Source: Malacoraja senta (lineage: Eukaryota). Taken from it: a stretch of DNA of 64,000 nt. The position numbers were made by a program, and so were the translations under genes. The notes below the pieces were generated by a model. The model saw only the letters and a program-made list of their open reading frames with translations. It was not told where the DNA came from and made no database searches. Where the stretch lies: positions 1 to 64,000 of the forward strand of contig JAXLNO010000587.1 of the NCBI GenBank assembly GCA_038087875.1. Reading direction: 5' to 3'. Each line of letters begins with the position of its first letter. Within the stretch, counting starts at the first letter, position 1. Positions 1 to 13,507 of the stretch are shown in pieces.

Positions 1-47
1 CCTTTTTATAAATAGGAAGAATATATCGTATGTTGATAGGAAAGTGA

Positions 48-275
48 AGTTATAGAAGTCATACAGCACAGAAGTAGGCACCTTCGGCCCAACTCATCCA
101 TTGCCAACCAAGATGCCCCATCTAAGCTAGTCCAATTTGCCCACATTTGGCCCATATTCCCCTAAACCTTTCCAATCCATGAACCTGTCCGTGTGTCTTT
201 TAAATGCTGTTTTAATATCTCCCTCAACTACCTCTTCTGGCAGCTCATTCCATATACCCACTACCCTCTGTGTGA
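48..275 (-). mobile_element. CR1 LINE 3' end fragment
   Basis: Reverse complement of the CR1 3' end seen in longer copies in this window. Confidence 0.7.
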
Positions 276-459
276 AGCTGGGAGATTTATCTTCTTTATA
301 TGCCCCAGGATGTCCAGTACCTTCTTGACAGTAATATGGACTGTCATCAAGACAACTCCATTAACGGTCCCAAGTTTCCTGGCCTTCATGTTTTTCTCCA
401 CAGTAAAAACAGATATTTAGTATGATGGGCTAAAGCTTTCTGTGTTATTAAGCAATGGA

Positions 460-630
460 AGAATGAAGGGTATTTTTAAAGCGGAGATTGACAGATTCTT
501 GATTAATAAAGGCATCAAATGTAATGGGGAAAGGCAGGAGAATGGGGTTGAGAGGGAAAATAGATTGGCCATGATAGAATGGTGGAGCAGACTCGATGGG
601 CCGAATGGCCAAATTCTGCTTCTATGTCTT
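460..630 (+). mobile_element. CR1 LINE 3' end fragment
   Basis: Encodes IFKAEIDRFL (CR1 ORF2 C-terminus), followed by the gggccgaatggcc 3'UTR motif. Confidence 0.7.
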
Positions 631-964
631 ATACGATGCGATACGATAGAACTTTATTTATCCTATCATATCGTATAAGACATGGAAGCAGAATTAGGCC
701 ATTCTAGCCATCAAATCTACTTATGGTTAAAATACACTGGAGATCAAATGCTGTATTAAGAAAATACTTGATTAAGCTTCTGGTGGAATTACAAGGCTTT
801 ATAAGATCATTAGAATTTTGTTTTAACATAAATGGGAGCAGATGGTGAAGAGTTTGCTCATGGGGGCACATTCTCATCATCCACATCTGGGAAGAGAAGC
901 ACCACAGATGCTGTAATTGTGACCACATCAAGTCTTACAATGTTACATGTAGAAAGGTCACCTT

Positions 965-1410
965 GTTTAGTTTATTGTCACATCTACCAAGGTACAGTGA
1001 AAAGATTTTTGTTGCTCGCAAACCAGTCAGCGCAAAGACTATACATGATTACAATTGAGTCGACCACAGTATACAGATGCATGATAAAGGCAATAATGTT
1101 TAATGCAAGATAAAGTCTGATTAAAGAGAGTCCGAGGGTCTTCAATGAGGTAGATAGTAGCTCAGGACCGCTCTCTAGTTGTTGTAGGATGGTTCAGTTG
1201 CCTGATAGCAACTGGGAAGAAACTGTCTTTGCATCTGGTGGTCTGCATTTCCACACTTCTGTACCTCTGGCCTGATGGGAGAGCAGAGGGAGTGGCCGGG
1301 GTGAGACGTCCTTAATTATGTTGGTGGCCTTGTCGAGGCAACGTGAAGTGTAGATGGAATCAATGGAAGTGAGGTTGGTTTGTGTGATGGTTTTGGGCTG
1401 TGTCCACAAT
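965..1410 (-). mobile_element. Rex1/Babar-type LINE 3' fragment
   Basis: Minus-strand peptide SIYTSRCLDKATNIIKD resembles the C-terminus of the 53330-55083 element. Confidence 0.7.
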
Positions 1411-3539
1411 ATTCCAGCTGCATGGGAAGCCTTCAGCAGCCTCGTTAAGTCTCCTCCCAGTGGCTAACAAGTTTCTCTCAAATCACCGTGTAGATTCCAT
1501 CAATCTTAACAGCACAGTGAAAATGATCTTCATCACATGGGGAAATTAGCCAAATGCTTTTTAGAAATCTAAATATACTACATCAACAGATTCTCCTCCA
1601 TCAACATATTTGTCACCTCTTCAAAGAACCATGTTGACTACATTTGATTATATTCAGCTCTTCTAAATGATTAGTCCATTTCCTCTGATTATTGATTCTG
1701 GCATCTCAGCCAACAATAAATGTTAACACACTGGTTTATAGTGATCCACATTCTGCCTTTTCCTCCCTTTATAAACAAGGGAGTGTCATTAGCTGTGTTC
1801 CAATATTTTGATTCCCTCCCAGAATTTAATGAATTTTGAAAAAAGTTCAACCAATACTTCCATTATCTTTGTAACCACTTTCTTTAAAACCCTTGGGTGC
1901 AGCTCATTATATCCCGGTGATTTACCCACCGTAAGCACCATAACATTCTCTAATACTTACAGTATATCCCTTGCGTTTGGGATTTTTAAAAGTATTCTGA
2001 AAAAGGGTCTCAACCCAAAACATCGCCTGAACAGATGCTGCCTCAACCACTGAGTTCCCCCAGTACATTCGTGTTTTTTTATTCAAGGGATATTTGCAGT
2101 GTCCCTAGTGAAGACTAATACAAAAAAAATAGTTAACGTATCTACCATTTCATTGTTGCATGTTATTAATTCAAGAAGCTTGTACTGCAGAGGCCCCATA
2201 TCTACCCATCCATAGAAGCTTTGTTTGTTTTGACATGCATGCAAGTTTTTCTCTCTAAACCAATGTCCTCCCTTTTCTGTGTTTTTTTTCAATCTCTTGC
2301 TGCTGGATCCTAAAACATTCCTGGTTCTCTGGTCTAACACAAGCCCTAGCCTCTGCATGCCCAACTTTTCAATTTAATATTATCCTTGACTTGCTTTGTT
2401 GACCACTGATTGTGTCTCTCATTGAATGGACAAATCATCTCCGTGCATATGTTACATTTACCTGTCTTTTGCTGAAGATGGAAGCCACATTGCATTGTAT
2501 GCTCTCCATAGCCATCTTGGCACCTTGCTCGATAGAAGATAAATTCCATTCCTTTGGCAACAGCTCGGTTGCTTGCACAGTGTTTCTGTTGTACAGGTCT
2601 GTCACTGGTTTCTTGACGGTAGTTGTGATTTATTCATGTAGTTTGTCCCCTGTGTTGCTTTTGTTCCAACTATGCCATCAATTCAAAAGCCACATGCCGT
2701 TTGCACTAATTAGAGACCAGTTCTTGTGCCAGTCAGTGAGGAAGAGGAAGAAAAGGGAAAAATGAGCTCTTCATATTCTCATTAAGTTATGACATTTTCT
2801 TTGGCTGTAAGAGAAATTGCGGGAGATGTCGCTGTATGCAGTCTTCATGAAAGTTTTTCAGTTGCTCACAAGTTGAGAACGCTACATGAATATTTATTAT
2901 TTTGATGCTGCTTCAACTCTTGACATGCACCATTTAATTATCTTGTTAGTCATTCTCTGATTACTCATCTAATCATTTTGACATATTACTGGGTGTGTGT
3001 ATATAGCACAGTAGAAAATCGGAACTCGAACACTCTTTTATAAATGCATTGCGGAAAATCAAATGGAGTGGTTTGAGCAGATAGTGCGTACACAGGCAGG
3101 CACGGTCTCCTCCCAGCTGACCTCTTATCTAAAAGAAGCAAGTTTTACAGAAACCACAAGGACAATTAACCAAGGTGAGGCCCTATACATTGCAGTGGTC
3201 TTCCGTGTTGTGGGATAGTTGAAATGACGCCCGTCCATGAAAGGAGGGTTAAAAAAATAAATTTACATCGCCCACCCCTCCCCTACCTGACAGCCAGAAA
3301 TGTCAGGGTAAAATTTTGTTTTCGTTTAGAGATATAAGTAGGGAAACAGGCCCTTCAGTCCACCGAGTCCATGCTGACTATCGATCACCCATTCGCACTA
3401 GCTTTATGCTATCCCAATTTCTCAACCACTCCCTACGCACTGGGGGCAATTTTTGCTAATAAGCAATCAGTGAATACTGCAGAGGATTGGTTGGTGGGCA
3501 GTCTGCAGGGGAGGAGGAGACGCAAGAAGCTACAGAGCC

Positions 3540-4050
3540 TATAGGCCACACAAAAACTGGAAGAACAGCACCTCTTAATCTGCTGGATAGCTTGCAATCC
3601 AATGGTATGTGAACATTGAATTCTCCAATTTCAATTAATATTCCCCCCACCGTTCCTATCTTTCCCATACTGACCCTCCCTTCTACAATTGTATTGTCTG
3701 TCACGCTCTCACTTGTCTTCAATCAAACTCCATTCTACTTTATCTACCACTTCTTCCACCTGGTTCTTCAATACATATGGCACTAAATAAGTGTGGCATC
3801 TGACTTGAAAGACCCATCTGGATACATATATTTTCAGTCCAGGTTACTTCTCTGAACCACTCATTATCATCAATGTCGGTCAATTGATGTCCATCAATGT
3901 TGATCAGGACCTGATGCAGGGTCTCAACCCAATATGTCAACAATTCCTTGTACCACCACCCCAATAGATGCCACTTAATACCATGAGTTCCTCCAGCTGT
4001 TTGTTTCTTTTTTTTGCTCATGATTCTAGCATCTGCAGTCTCTGCTGCCT
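3540..4050 (+). mobile_element. Degenerate Penelope-like element 3' end
   Basis: Begins with KLEEQHL, similar to 46468-46575, and ends in the ...agcatctgcagt terminal repeat. Confidence 0.6.
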
Positions 4051-5371
4051 CCATTGCACTGCATTTCATTGGATAACAATCTTCAACATTCCACCATCAT
4101 GTCCGTAGTCATGGCTATTTTCCAAGATGGAGTGTAAGATGCTCTATGTTTTATTGGAACAGATTAACAATAATGCCACAAACCTGTCACACATAACCAA
4201 ATGAGGTAATGAAGCCATAGTGGGGAGGCTGTGTTTTAAGGAGACAATATAACTGCTAATTCCTAACTTAAGATTCATGGTTCTTAACTCGTAGCTATCC
4301 ATATTTTGGATGGTTTAGGAGTTAAATGATCCTGTAAAATTTTGTGCTGATTTTTGCTTTTTGTCATATTCAGAGATTTACTAATACATTGGTCATTTCA
4401 GAATTCATTTCACTGGGAAAAATGTCTTTCTTGCATTTAGCATTCGTTCTGCAAGTGTATTATTGGAATCAGTATTTATTTCTATAATGTTAAAACAAGG
4501 AACTGCAGATGCTGGTTTACAAAAAAAATGATAGTGTGCTGGAGTAACTCAGCGGGCTCACTGTGTTATCCCACAAAATTGAAATCATGTTGCTATTTCA
4601 AAACATCCATATGTTAATTGAAAAGAATAAACATCCATATGTTCAATGAATTGAAAGGCGACTTGCATTCACCAAGTGGAATTGGTCTGAGTCTTTGCAC
4701 CCATTTTGTCCTCTTGTGCCACTCCCATCAAAACTGATGATGTCAGACCAGATCATGTGAGATTTCGCAGCCACAACCTCTGACTCATTAAACTAACTAC
4801 AGTCTTTAGCAATATTCCCATGCTTGTGAAACTGTCAAGCATTTTCAGTGTTTAAGCAGGAACTGCAGATGCTGGTTTGAACTGAAGGCACAAAAAGCTG
4901 GAGTAACTCAGCGGGACAGGCAGCATCTCTGGAGAGAAGGAATGGGTGACGTTTCGGGTCGAGACCCTTCTTCAGACAAGTCAGTGTACTGGCCACACTG
5001 TCTATACCCTGTTCTTCTCCTTGAGAAGTGTGCTAGTATTTGTCCAACATACTTGTCTCAAAGGCTGCTTAATCCAAATTGTTTGCCTCTTCTGTATGGG
5101 AATTGGTAGCTATTCTATCCTTTCTCCACATTCACTGACACATGCTCAGTTAGCCACCACAATGTTCATCAATGCTGATGATGCTTCAAACATTCAACTT
5201 TGGGCAACAACATTTTCAGCCCATGATTCAGTTACCTTGCTCTACCATCGCTTGCTTCACACCCATTCCTTCATTCCCGCTGAATTATGCCAGCATTTTG
5301 TGTCTGGCTTGCTTCACATGAAGTCTACTCTTTAAATACTTACCCAAGTAATTTGTTATTTGTTAATTTGG

Positions 5372-8300
5372 AATGTGCAGATAGCTACTAATGACTATGA
5401 TATAGTTGGAATCACGGAGACATGGCTCCAGGGTAACCAAGGCTGGGAGCTGAACATCCAGGGATATTCAATATTCAGGAGGGATAGACAGAAAGGGAAA
5501 GGAGGTGGGGTAGCGTTGCTGGTTAGAGAGCAGATTAACGCAATAGAAAGGAAGGACATTAGCTTGGAGGATGTGGAATCGATATGGGTAGAGCTGCGAA
5601 ACACTAAGGGGCAGAAAACGCTAGTGGGAGTTGTGTACAGGCCACCTAACATAGAAACATAGAAAATAGGTGCAGGAGTAGGCCATTCGGCCCTTCGAGC
5701 CTGCACCGCCATTTGATATGATCATGGCTGATCATCCAACTCAGTATCCCATCCCTGCCTTCTCTCCATACCCCCTGATCCCTTTAGCCACAAGGGCCAC
5801 ATCTAACTCCCTCTTAAATATAGCCAATGAACTGGCCTCAACTACCTTCTGTGGCAGAGAATTCCACAGATTCACCACTCTCTGTGTAAAAAATGAGAGT
5901 GGTGAATCTGTGGAATTCTCTGCCAGAGAAGGTAGTTGAGGCCAGTCCATTGGCTATATTTAAGAGGGAGTTAGATGTGGCCCTTGTGGTAACAGTAGTA
6001 GTGGAGTTGGGGATGGCATCAAACAGGAAATTAGAAATGCGTGCAACAAAGGTAAAACAATTATAATGGGTGACTTCAATCTACATATAGATTGGGTGAA
6101 TCAAATTGGCAAGGGTGCTGAGGAAAAGGATTTCTTGGAATGTATGCGGGATAGTTTTCTAAACCAACATGTAGAGGAACCAACGAGAGAGCAGGCTATT
6201 CTAGATTGGGTATTGAGTAATGAGGAAGGGTTAGTTAGCAGTCTTGTTGTGCGTGGCCCCTTGGGCAAGAATGACCATAATATGGTTGAGTTCTTCATTA
6301 GGATGGAGAGTGACATTGTTAATTCAGAAACAAGGGTCCTGAACTTAAAGAAAGGTAACTTTGAGGGTATGAGAAGTGAATTGGCCAAGATAGACTGGCA
6401 ATTGATTCTTAATGGGTTGACGGTAGATATGCAATGGAAGGCATTTAAAGACTGCATGGATGAACTACAACAATTGTTCATCCCAGTTTGGCAAAAAAAT
6501 AAATCAGGGAAGGTAGTGCATCCATGGATAACAAGGGAAATCAGGGATAGTATCAAAACAAAAGATGAAGCATACAAATTAGCCAGAAAAAGCCGCCTAC
6601 CAGAGGACTGGGAGAAATTCAGAGTCCAGCAGAGGAGGACAATGAGCTTAATTAGGAAAGGGAAAATAGATTATGAAAGAAAACTGGCAGGGAACATAAA
6701 AACTGACTGCAAAAGCTTTTATAGATATGTGAAGAGAAAAAGATTAGTTAAAACAAATGTAGGTCCCTTGCAGTCAGAAACAGGTGAATTGATCATGGGG
6801 AACAAGGACAAGGCAGACCAATTGAATAACTACTTTGGTTCTGTCTTCACTAAGGAAGACATAAATAATCTGCCGGAAATAGCAGGGGACCGGGGGTCAA
6901 ATGAGATGGAGGAACTGAGTGAAATCCAGGTTAGCCGGGAAGTGGTGTTAGGTAAATTCAATGGATTAAAGGCCGATAAAGCCCCAGGGCCAGATAGGCT
7001 GCATCCCAGAGTACTTAAGGAAGTAGCCCCAGAAATAGTGGATGCATTAGTGATAATTTTTCAAAACTCTTTAGATTCTGGAGTAGTTCCTGAGGATAGC
7101 TAATGTAACCCTACTTTTTAAAAAGGGAGGGTGAGAGAAAACGGGGAATTACAGACCAGTTAGTCTAACGTCGGTAGTGGGAAAACTGCTAGAATCAGTT
7201 ATTAAAGATGGGATAGCAGCACATTTGGAAAGTGGTGAAATCATTGGACAAAGTCAGCATGGATTTATGAAAGGTAAATCATGTCTGACGAATCTTATAG
7301 AATTTTTCGAGGATGTAACTAGTAGAGTGGATAAGGGAGAACCAGTGGATGTGTTATATCTGAACTTTCAGAAGGCTTTCGACAAGGTCCCACATAAGAG
7401 ATTAGTATACAAACTTAAGGCACATGGTATTGGCGGTTCAGTATTGATGTGGATAGAGAACTGGCTGGCAGACAGGAAGCAAAGAGTAGGAGTAAACAGG
7501 TCCTTTTCACAATGGCAGGCAGTGACTAGTGGGGTACCGCAAGGCTCAGTGCTGGGACCCCAGCTATTTACGATATATATTAATGATTTGGAGTAGGGAA
7601 TTGAATGCAACATCTCCAAGTTTGCGGATGACACGAAGCTGGGGGGCATGTTAGCTGTGAGGAGGATGCTCGGAGGCTGCAAGGTGACTTGGATAGGCTG
7701 GGTGAGTGGGCAAATGCATGGCAGATGCAGTATATTGTGGATAAATGTGAGGTTATCCACTTTGGTGGCAAAAACAGGAAAGTAGACTATTATCTGAATG
7801 GTGGCCGATTATGAAAAGGGGAGATGCAACGAGACCTGGGTGTCATGGTACACCAGTCATGAAAAGTAGGCATGCAAGTGCAGCAGGCAGTGAAGAAGGC
7901 GAATGGTATGTTAGCATTCATAGCAAAAGGATTTGAGTATAGGAGCAGGGAGGTTCTACTGCAGTTGTACAGGGTCTTGGTGAGACCACACCTGGAGTAT
8001 TGCGTACAGTTTTGGTCTCCTAATCTGAGGAAAGACATTCTTGCCATAGAGGGAGTACAGAGAAGGTTCACCAGACTGATTCCTGGGATGTCAGGACTTT
8101 CATATGAAGAAAGACTGGATAGACTCGGTTTGTACTCGCTAGAATTTAGAAGATTGAGGGGGGATCTTATAGAAACGTACAAAATTCTTAAGGGGTTGGA
8201 CAGGCTAGATGCAGGAAGATTGTTCCCGATGTTGGGGAGGTCCAGAACAAGGGGTCACAGTTTAAGGATAAGGGGGAAATCTTTTAGGACCGAGATGAGG

Positions 8301-8550
8301 AAAACGTTTTTCACACAGAGAGTGGTGAATCTCTGGAATTCTCTGCCACAGAAGGTAGTTGAGGCCAGTTCATTGGCTATATTTAAGAGGGAGTTAGATG
8401 TGGCCCTTGTGGCTAAAGGGATCAGGGGGTATGGAGAGAAGGCAGGTACGGGATACTGAGTTGGATGATCAGCCATGATCATATTCAATGACGGTGCAGG
8501 CTCGAAGGGCCGAATGGCCTACTCCTGCACCTATTTTCTATGTTTCTATG
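5372..8550 (+). mobile_element. 5'-truncated CR1 LINE (endonuclease + RT ORF2, inactivated by stops and frameshifts)
   Basis: APE motifs GITETWL, VYRPPN and MGDFN; RT motifs FQKAFDKVPH, GVPQGSVLGP and FADD; (TTTCTATG)n tail at ~8535-8550. Confidence 0.95.
5651..5989 (-). mobile_element. Nested same-family CR1 3' end with fold-back, inserted in the host CR1 endonuclease domain
   Basis: Reverse-complement tail from 5651; TAAC(A) duplicated at 5647-5650 and 5990-5993; host frame resumes as N-SSSGVGDG. Confidence 0.9.
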
Positions 8551-10747
8551 TTATTTAATGTCTATGCACAATTCATTCTAACTGTGGGTAAAGTAGGACA
8601 TGTGGAGAGTCAATGGACACAGAACTTCACATGTATACCATGTAATTATGTGCATTCGAATTTATTCTTGTGGGATATCACTAGACTCGGAAACAGCTTA
8701 TTCCCCTCAGTCATCAGGCTTCTGAACGGTCCTTCCATAAGCTAGGATACAGTCCAGTTTCTCCAACCTACCTCATTTCAAACCATTGGTTTGTGTCTCT
8801 GAAGCTGTTACGCTACAGTGCTGAGAACTGTATTCTGCACTCTATACCTTTCTCTCCATTCTTGTTATTGTACTTGAGTTTTGGCTTGATTGCATGCGTG
8901 TGTAGTATTATCTGATTGGCTAACATGCAAAGCAAAGCTTTTCACTGTACCTCGTTATGTGACAATAATGAACCCAAACCTATATCTGGTTGGTTCCACT
9001 GTGCTCTGGAGGGGGTGGCTGCTTCTTCACTTCAGCAACTTTTAGTCCAAGGAACCTACAGATTCTGATTTACGAAAAAAGATTAAAAGTACTAGAGTAA
9101 CTTAGCGGGCCAGGCAGCATCTCTGAAGAACGTTCGGATCGGGACCCTATCTTCAGACCAGCAGATTTTATTTGATTTTGCTGCCAGCACTATCGCCTAG
9201 CTTGTTCCCCGTGACTGTCTGCATTCCGTGCCCCCCCCCCCCCCCCCCCACTGTTTGCCAGTACTCAGTCCTGGATTCGGCTATGAAAGTTTTTCTTTAG
9301 AAAAAATGGTATTTGTGACATTTTCTTTCAAAGCCCAGTCTGATGTTGGGCTAGAGAAAGGCTCAGCTGCAAGCTGTCTGCTTATCATAGCAGCCAGCAC
9401 ACCAAAGAACGATTGAATTCCATTTTGTTCCAAGTATTGAAAATTGAATCAGAAATTTTCATTTAAAAAAAAAAAGTGCTTTCATCTCAATTCAGGCTAA
9501 AGCTGGGTAAATCCGGTAAATAAAATCTGGTAAATCCTTTCGAGATTTAAATGCTGGCATCTTTTATCCCTTCAACAGATGTTTTTAATCCATTGATTAA
9601 TGCATTTGCGTTAATGTATTTGTGAATGTATTTAAAACTTTGTAATTTGTTGTGGCTGGAAACCCTGATAAGATCTATCATAAAAGTTTGATGTGCCATG
9701 CACATTTAGGTTTTGAAAGAAAATTTGCATGGCAAATTACCAAAAATAACAATAGAACAGTGAGAAGCAACTGAAATATGAATCAACAGTACCAGGAATA
9801 TTATTAAATAAGATATGAATTGAGCAGAAATGTTAATTAGAAAATTCCATGCCAAATCAAACAGAGAACCAGAAACATTGATTGAGCCATGAGTATAAAG
9901 GAAATGAAGCACAAATAACAAATTTTACGTGTTTGGAATCGTAACGTAAAATCGTAACGTACACCCTACTGATAATAGTTCTCTTGTATGAGAATCTGAA
10001 TGGCCTTCAGCAGTTAACTCTCCATTTGTTAAAAGGGCTTGCAATGAAATGAGCAGGACAATTCAGTTGTGCATGCAGTTCATGGTTGTCCGAATAAAAC
10101 AACTTCATCACTTGAACAAAGGATAGACCGAATAGACAATGGCAGAGGAGGTAGTTGAAGTAGATACGATAATAACATTGAAAAAACATTTGAACAGATA
10201 CGTGAATAGGGAAGGTTGAGTGGGATATGGGCAGATGAGACTAGTGTGGATGGAGCATCTTGTTTGGCATGGACAAGTTGGGCTGAAGGGCCTGTTTCTG
10301 TGCTGTATGACTCTGACAGTTCAGCAGAAATATGGACAGAATAAAACAACGTTGCCTGATGTTGCTGTTCTATACGAATGTAAATAATGATTAGCGTTCT
10401 GAGCCGCTGTTGTTCTGACATATGGCCTCAGCTTCCAAACCCCTAGATACATATTGAAGTTTTTTGATGCTCAGTTATTCTTCATTAACCTGTTTTGAAT
10501 TTTTTGTTTTGCCGATTTGTTTATCTACATTAACCCGGTGTGCTGATGAACATTTTAGGCTCCTGCAACCTATGTGAGTTTGTTTGAGTTTTTTTATTCC
10601 CAATGGCTATTTGCTGTGACACAGAATTTAAGCTCATCAACAAAAACTGCTTGAGAGCTCAGTAGGCTCCATACTTAAGCAACACCAAGGTCTGTTAAAG
10701 GCACAGAGCTGTCTTTTGCAGCACACTTAAGGGACACCTTGCTAGGA

Positions 10748-11025
10748 TTAGTTTAATTTCGTTTAGAGATACAGCATGGAAACAGGCCCTTTGGCCCACC
10801 AAGTCTGTGCCGAACAGTGATCACCCGTACACTAGTTCTACCCTATACACTAGGGACAATTTACAGAAGCCAATTAACCTACAAAAGTGCATGTCTTTAG
10901 TGTGTGTAGAAACCGGAGCACCCGGGGAAAAGTCACGTGGTCACAGAGAGAACGTACAAACTTTGTAAACACACAGGTAGTCAAGATCAAAACTGGGTCT
11001 TTGGTGCAGTAAGGCAGCAACTTTG
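10748..11025 (-). mobile_element. tRNA-derived SINE with CR1-type tail (HE1-like)
   Basis: Reverse complement of the SINE at 22927-23263. Confidence 0.75.
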
Positions 11026-11164
11026 ATCATAGGACTCAATACAAAGCTCGCTGAGATGTTTTTAGTCCTTGGCTATCATTTGTGCATAGCTTCCTATGAA
11101 ATGGATCTTTGTGAAAGCACAAAAATATACTTTCATACCGAATAGAAGAATGAATTTTCTTAAT

Positions 11165-11518
11165 AGTGAAAGGCCTGGATAGAGTGAATGTGGAGAGGAT
11201 GTTTCGACTGGTGGGAGAATCTAGGACCAGAGGCCATAGCCTTAGAATAAAAGGACGTACCTTTAGAAACGAGATGGGAAGGAATTTATTTTGTCAGAGG
11301 GTGGTGAATCTGTGGAATTCACAGACGACTGTGGAGGCCAGGTTAATAGATATTTTTAAGGCGGAGATTGACAGATTTTTGATTAGTACTGGTGTCGGGG
11401 GTTATGGGGCAAATGTAGGAGAATCGGGTTAAGAGGGAAAGATAGATCTGCCATGATTGAATGGTGGAGTAGACGTGATGGGCCAAATGGCCTTATTGTG
11501 CTCCTAGAACCTATGAGA
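11165..11518 (+). mobile_element. CR1 LINE 3' fragment
   Basis: KGLDRVNVERMF...SRTRGHSLRIKG...VVNLWNS peptide. Confidence 0.85.
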
Positions 11519-11962
11519 GAAACGATTCATGAAAATAATATTTAACTGAAATCAAAGGGAATTAAATCGTGTGAAATAAGAAAATGCATCATCCAGAGTT
11601 CATGAATTTTAAATCCTATGGGAATGTTCAGGTAGACCTAACCTGGTTATATCGGTTTTGTGACGATATGATTCATATCTTGATGACCTTTTAATTCCTT
11701 TTTATTATTTTGAATTCTGCATTTTCTCAAGTCATATTGATTGCAACATTAAATGTGACATCTGTTCTTATGAATTGACCAACCTTTTGTGTGTAATTTG
11801 CACTTGTATCACATTATATCTGCACTGAGTGTATCACTGGTATGGTGTTATCAATTCAATGCATCACGGAATGGGATGACCTGTTTTTGTCTTCAGTGAT
11901 TTTCTTATTTGTCAGCTTGCAAGTTTCTGCTGTATAGTTGGCAGCAGCATCCAGCAGCACAA

Positions 11963-12165
11963 TGTGTAGGAACGAACTGCAGATGCAGGTTTAAACCGAA
12001 GATCAATTCTAAAAGCTGGAGTAACTCAGCGGGACTGGCAGCATCTCTGGAGAGAAGGATTGGGTGATGTTTCGGGTCGAGACCCTTCTTCAGACTGAAG
12101 AAGGGTCTCGACCCAAAACGTCACCCATTCCTTCTCTCCAGAGATGCTGCCTGTCCCGCTGTTAC
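11963..12165. mobile_element. Palindromic Penelope-derived short insertion
   Basis: Arms of about 78 bp centred on 12094; flanking direct repeat TCCAGCAGCACAA at 11950-11962 and 12166-12178. Confidence 0.8.
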
Positions 12166-13507
12166 TCCAGCAGCACAAATGTCACATTAGCTTATTGTCA
12201 CTTGGCTCCGATTATGTCATGTGGCACATGAAGGTAAGATAATGCATTTGCTGGAAATCCAAAAGGAAATGGTTGATAAGTTACAATGAAGAGTGACCGG
12301 TGTGAAGCAGGAACTGTTTTCTTTGCACAGATGATGCCTGATTTGCCGCACATTTTCGGGCAGAACAAAAAGTTTGTTTTGATTTCAATTAGTAGAATGT
12401 CCCACACAATCCAAGGTGAATAGTTATGAACTAGATCGTGGGTGTTAAATCCGGTACATTCGAATTTTGGGCTATATGCTTGTAGTTATCAGACTAGGTG
12501 CATCAAAGTAGATGCTGAAGAAATCCAATTTCCTACAACTGACCTGTAACTTATTCTTGAGATACACAGAGTTACAGATGCTGGAATCTTGAGCAGAACA
12601 CAGTGTTGAAGTAACTCATTGGGTCAGGCAGCATCTGTAAAGGGAATGGACAGGCTAAATTATGCCGCCTGTCCATTCCCTCCACAGATGTTGCCTGACC
12701 CACTGAGTTCCTCCAGTGTTTGGAAACCTATTCTCTTTGTGTCTTGTGTTTGTATGTGTTTGGTAACCTATTCTCTCCTTCCAAATATATCCCCTCTTCA
12801 ACCTTTCTATTTCCAGGATTATGTACTTCAACCTAATCAAATCTTCCCAATATGGAAAAAAAATGTCAAAACAAAGAACTGCAGATGCTTGAATACAAAA
12901 AAAAGACACAAAGTGCTGGAGTAACTCCAAAGGTCAGGCAGCATCTCTGGAAAATGTGGATAGGTTCATGGAAAACAAAGTTCTGCCTGATCCGCTGAGT
13001 TACTCCAGCATTTTGTCTCTATTTTTGTAAACCAGCATTTGCAGTTCCTTGTGTCTTAATTGCTGCCTGACCCACTGAGTTTACTCCAGCATTTTGTGTC
13101 CATATTTGGTATAAACCAGCTTCTGTAGTTGCTTTTTATTATGTCTTGATTGTTGTGCTTGTTCTCCTCGATGTCATCAATGCAACTTGTTAACCTGAAT
13201 TTATATAAAAATGGACTTTTTGTATATTGTGGATCATGTTTATTTTCTCTTTGCCTCATGTGTGATATGATCTCATGTTCAAAAGTTCTAGGAGCAGAAT
13301 GAGACCGTTCAGCCCATCAGGTCTACTCCGCCATTTAATCATGGCTAAGCTATTTTTCCCTCTCAACCCCATACTCCTGCCTTCGCCACATAATCCCTGA
13401 CACCCTTAATAATCAAGAATCTGTCAATCTCTGCCTTAAAAATATCCATTGCCTGGGTAGTACGCAAAACAAAGTTTGTTGCTGTAACTCGGTACACTTG
13501 ACAATAA

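Noticed and set aside
6101..8488. Antisense ORFs over CR1 copies
   Set aside because: Shadow frames of LINE ORF2.
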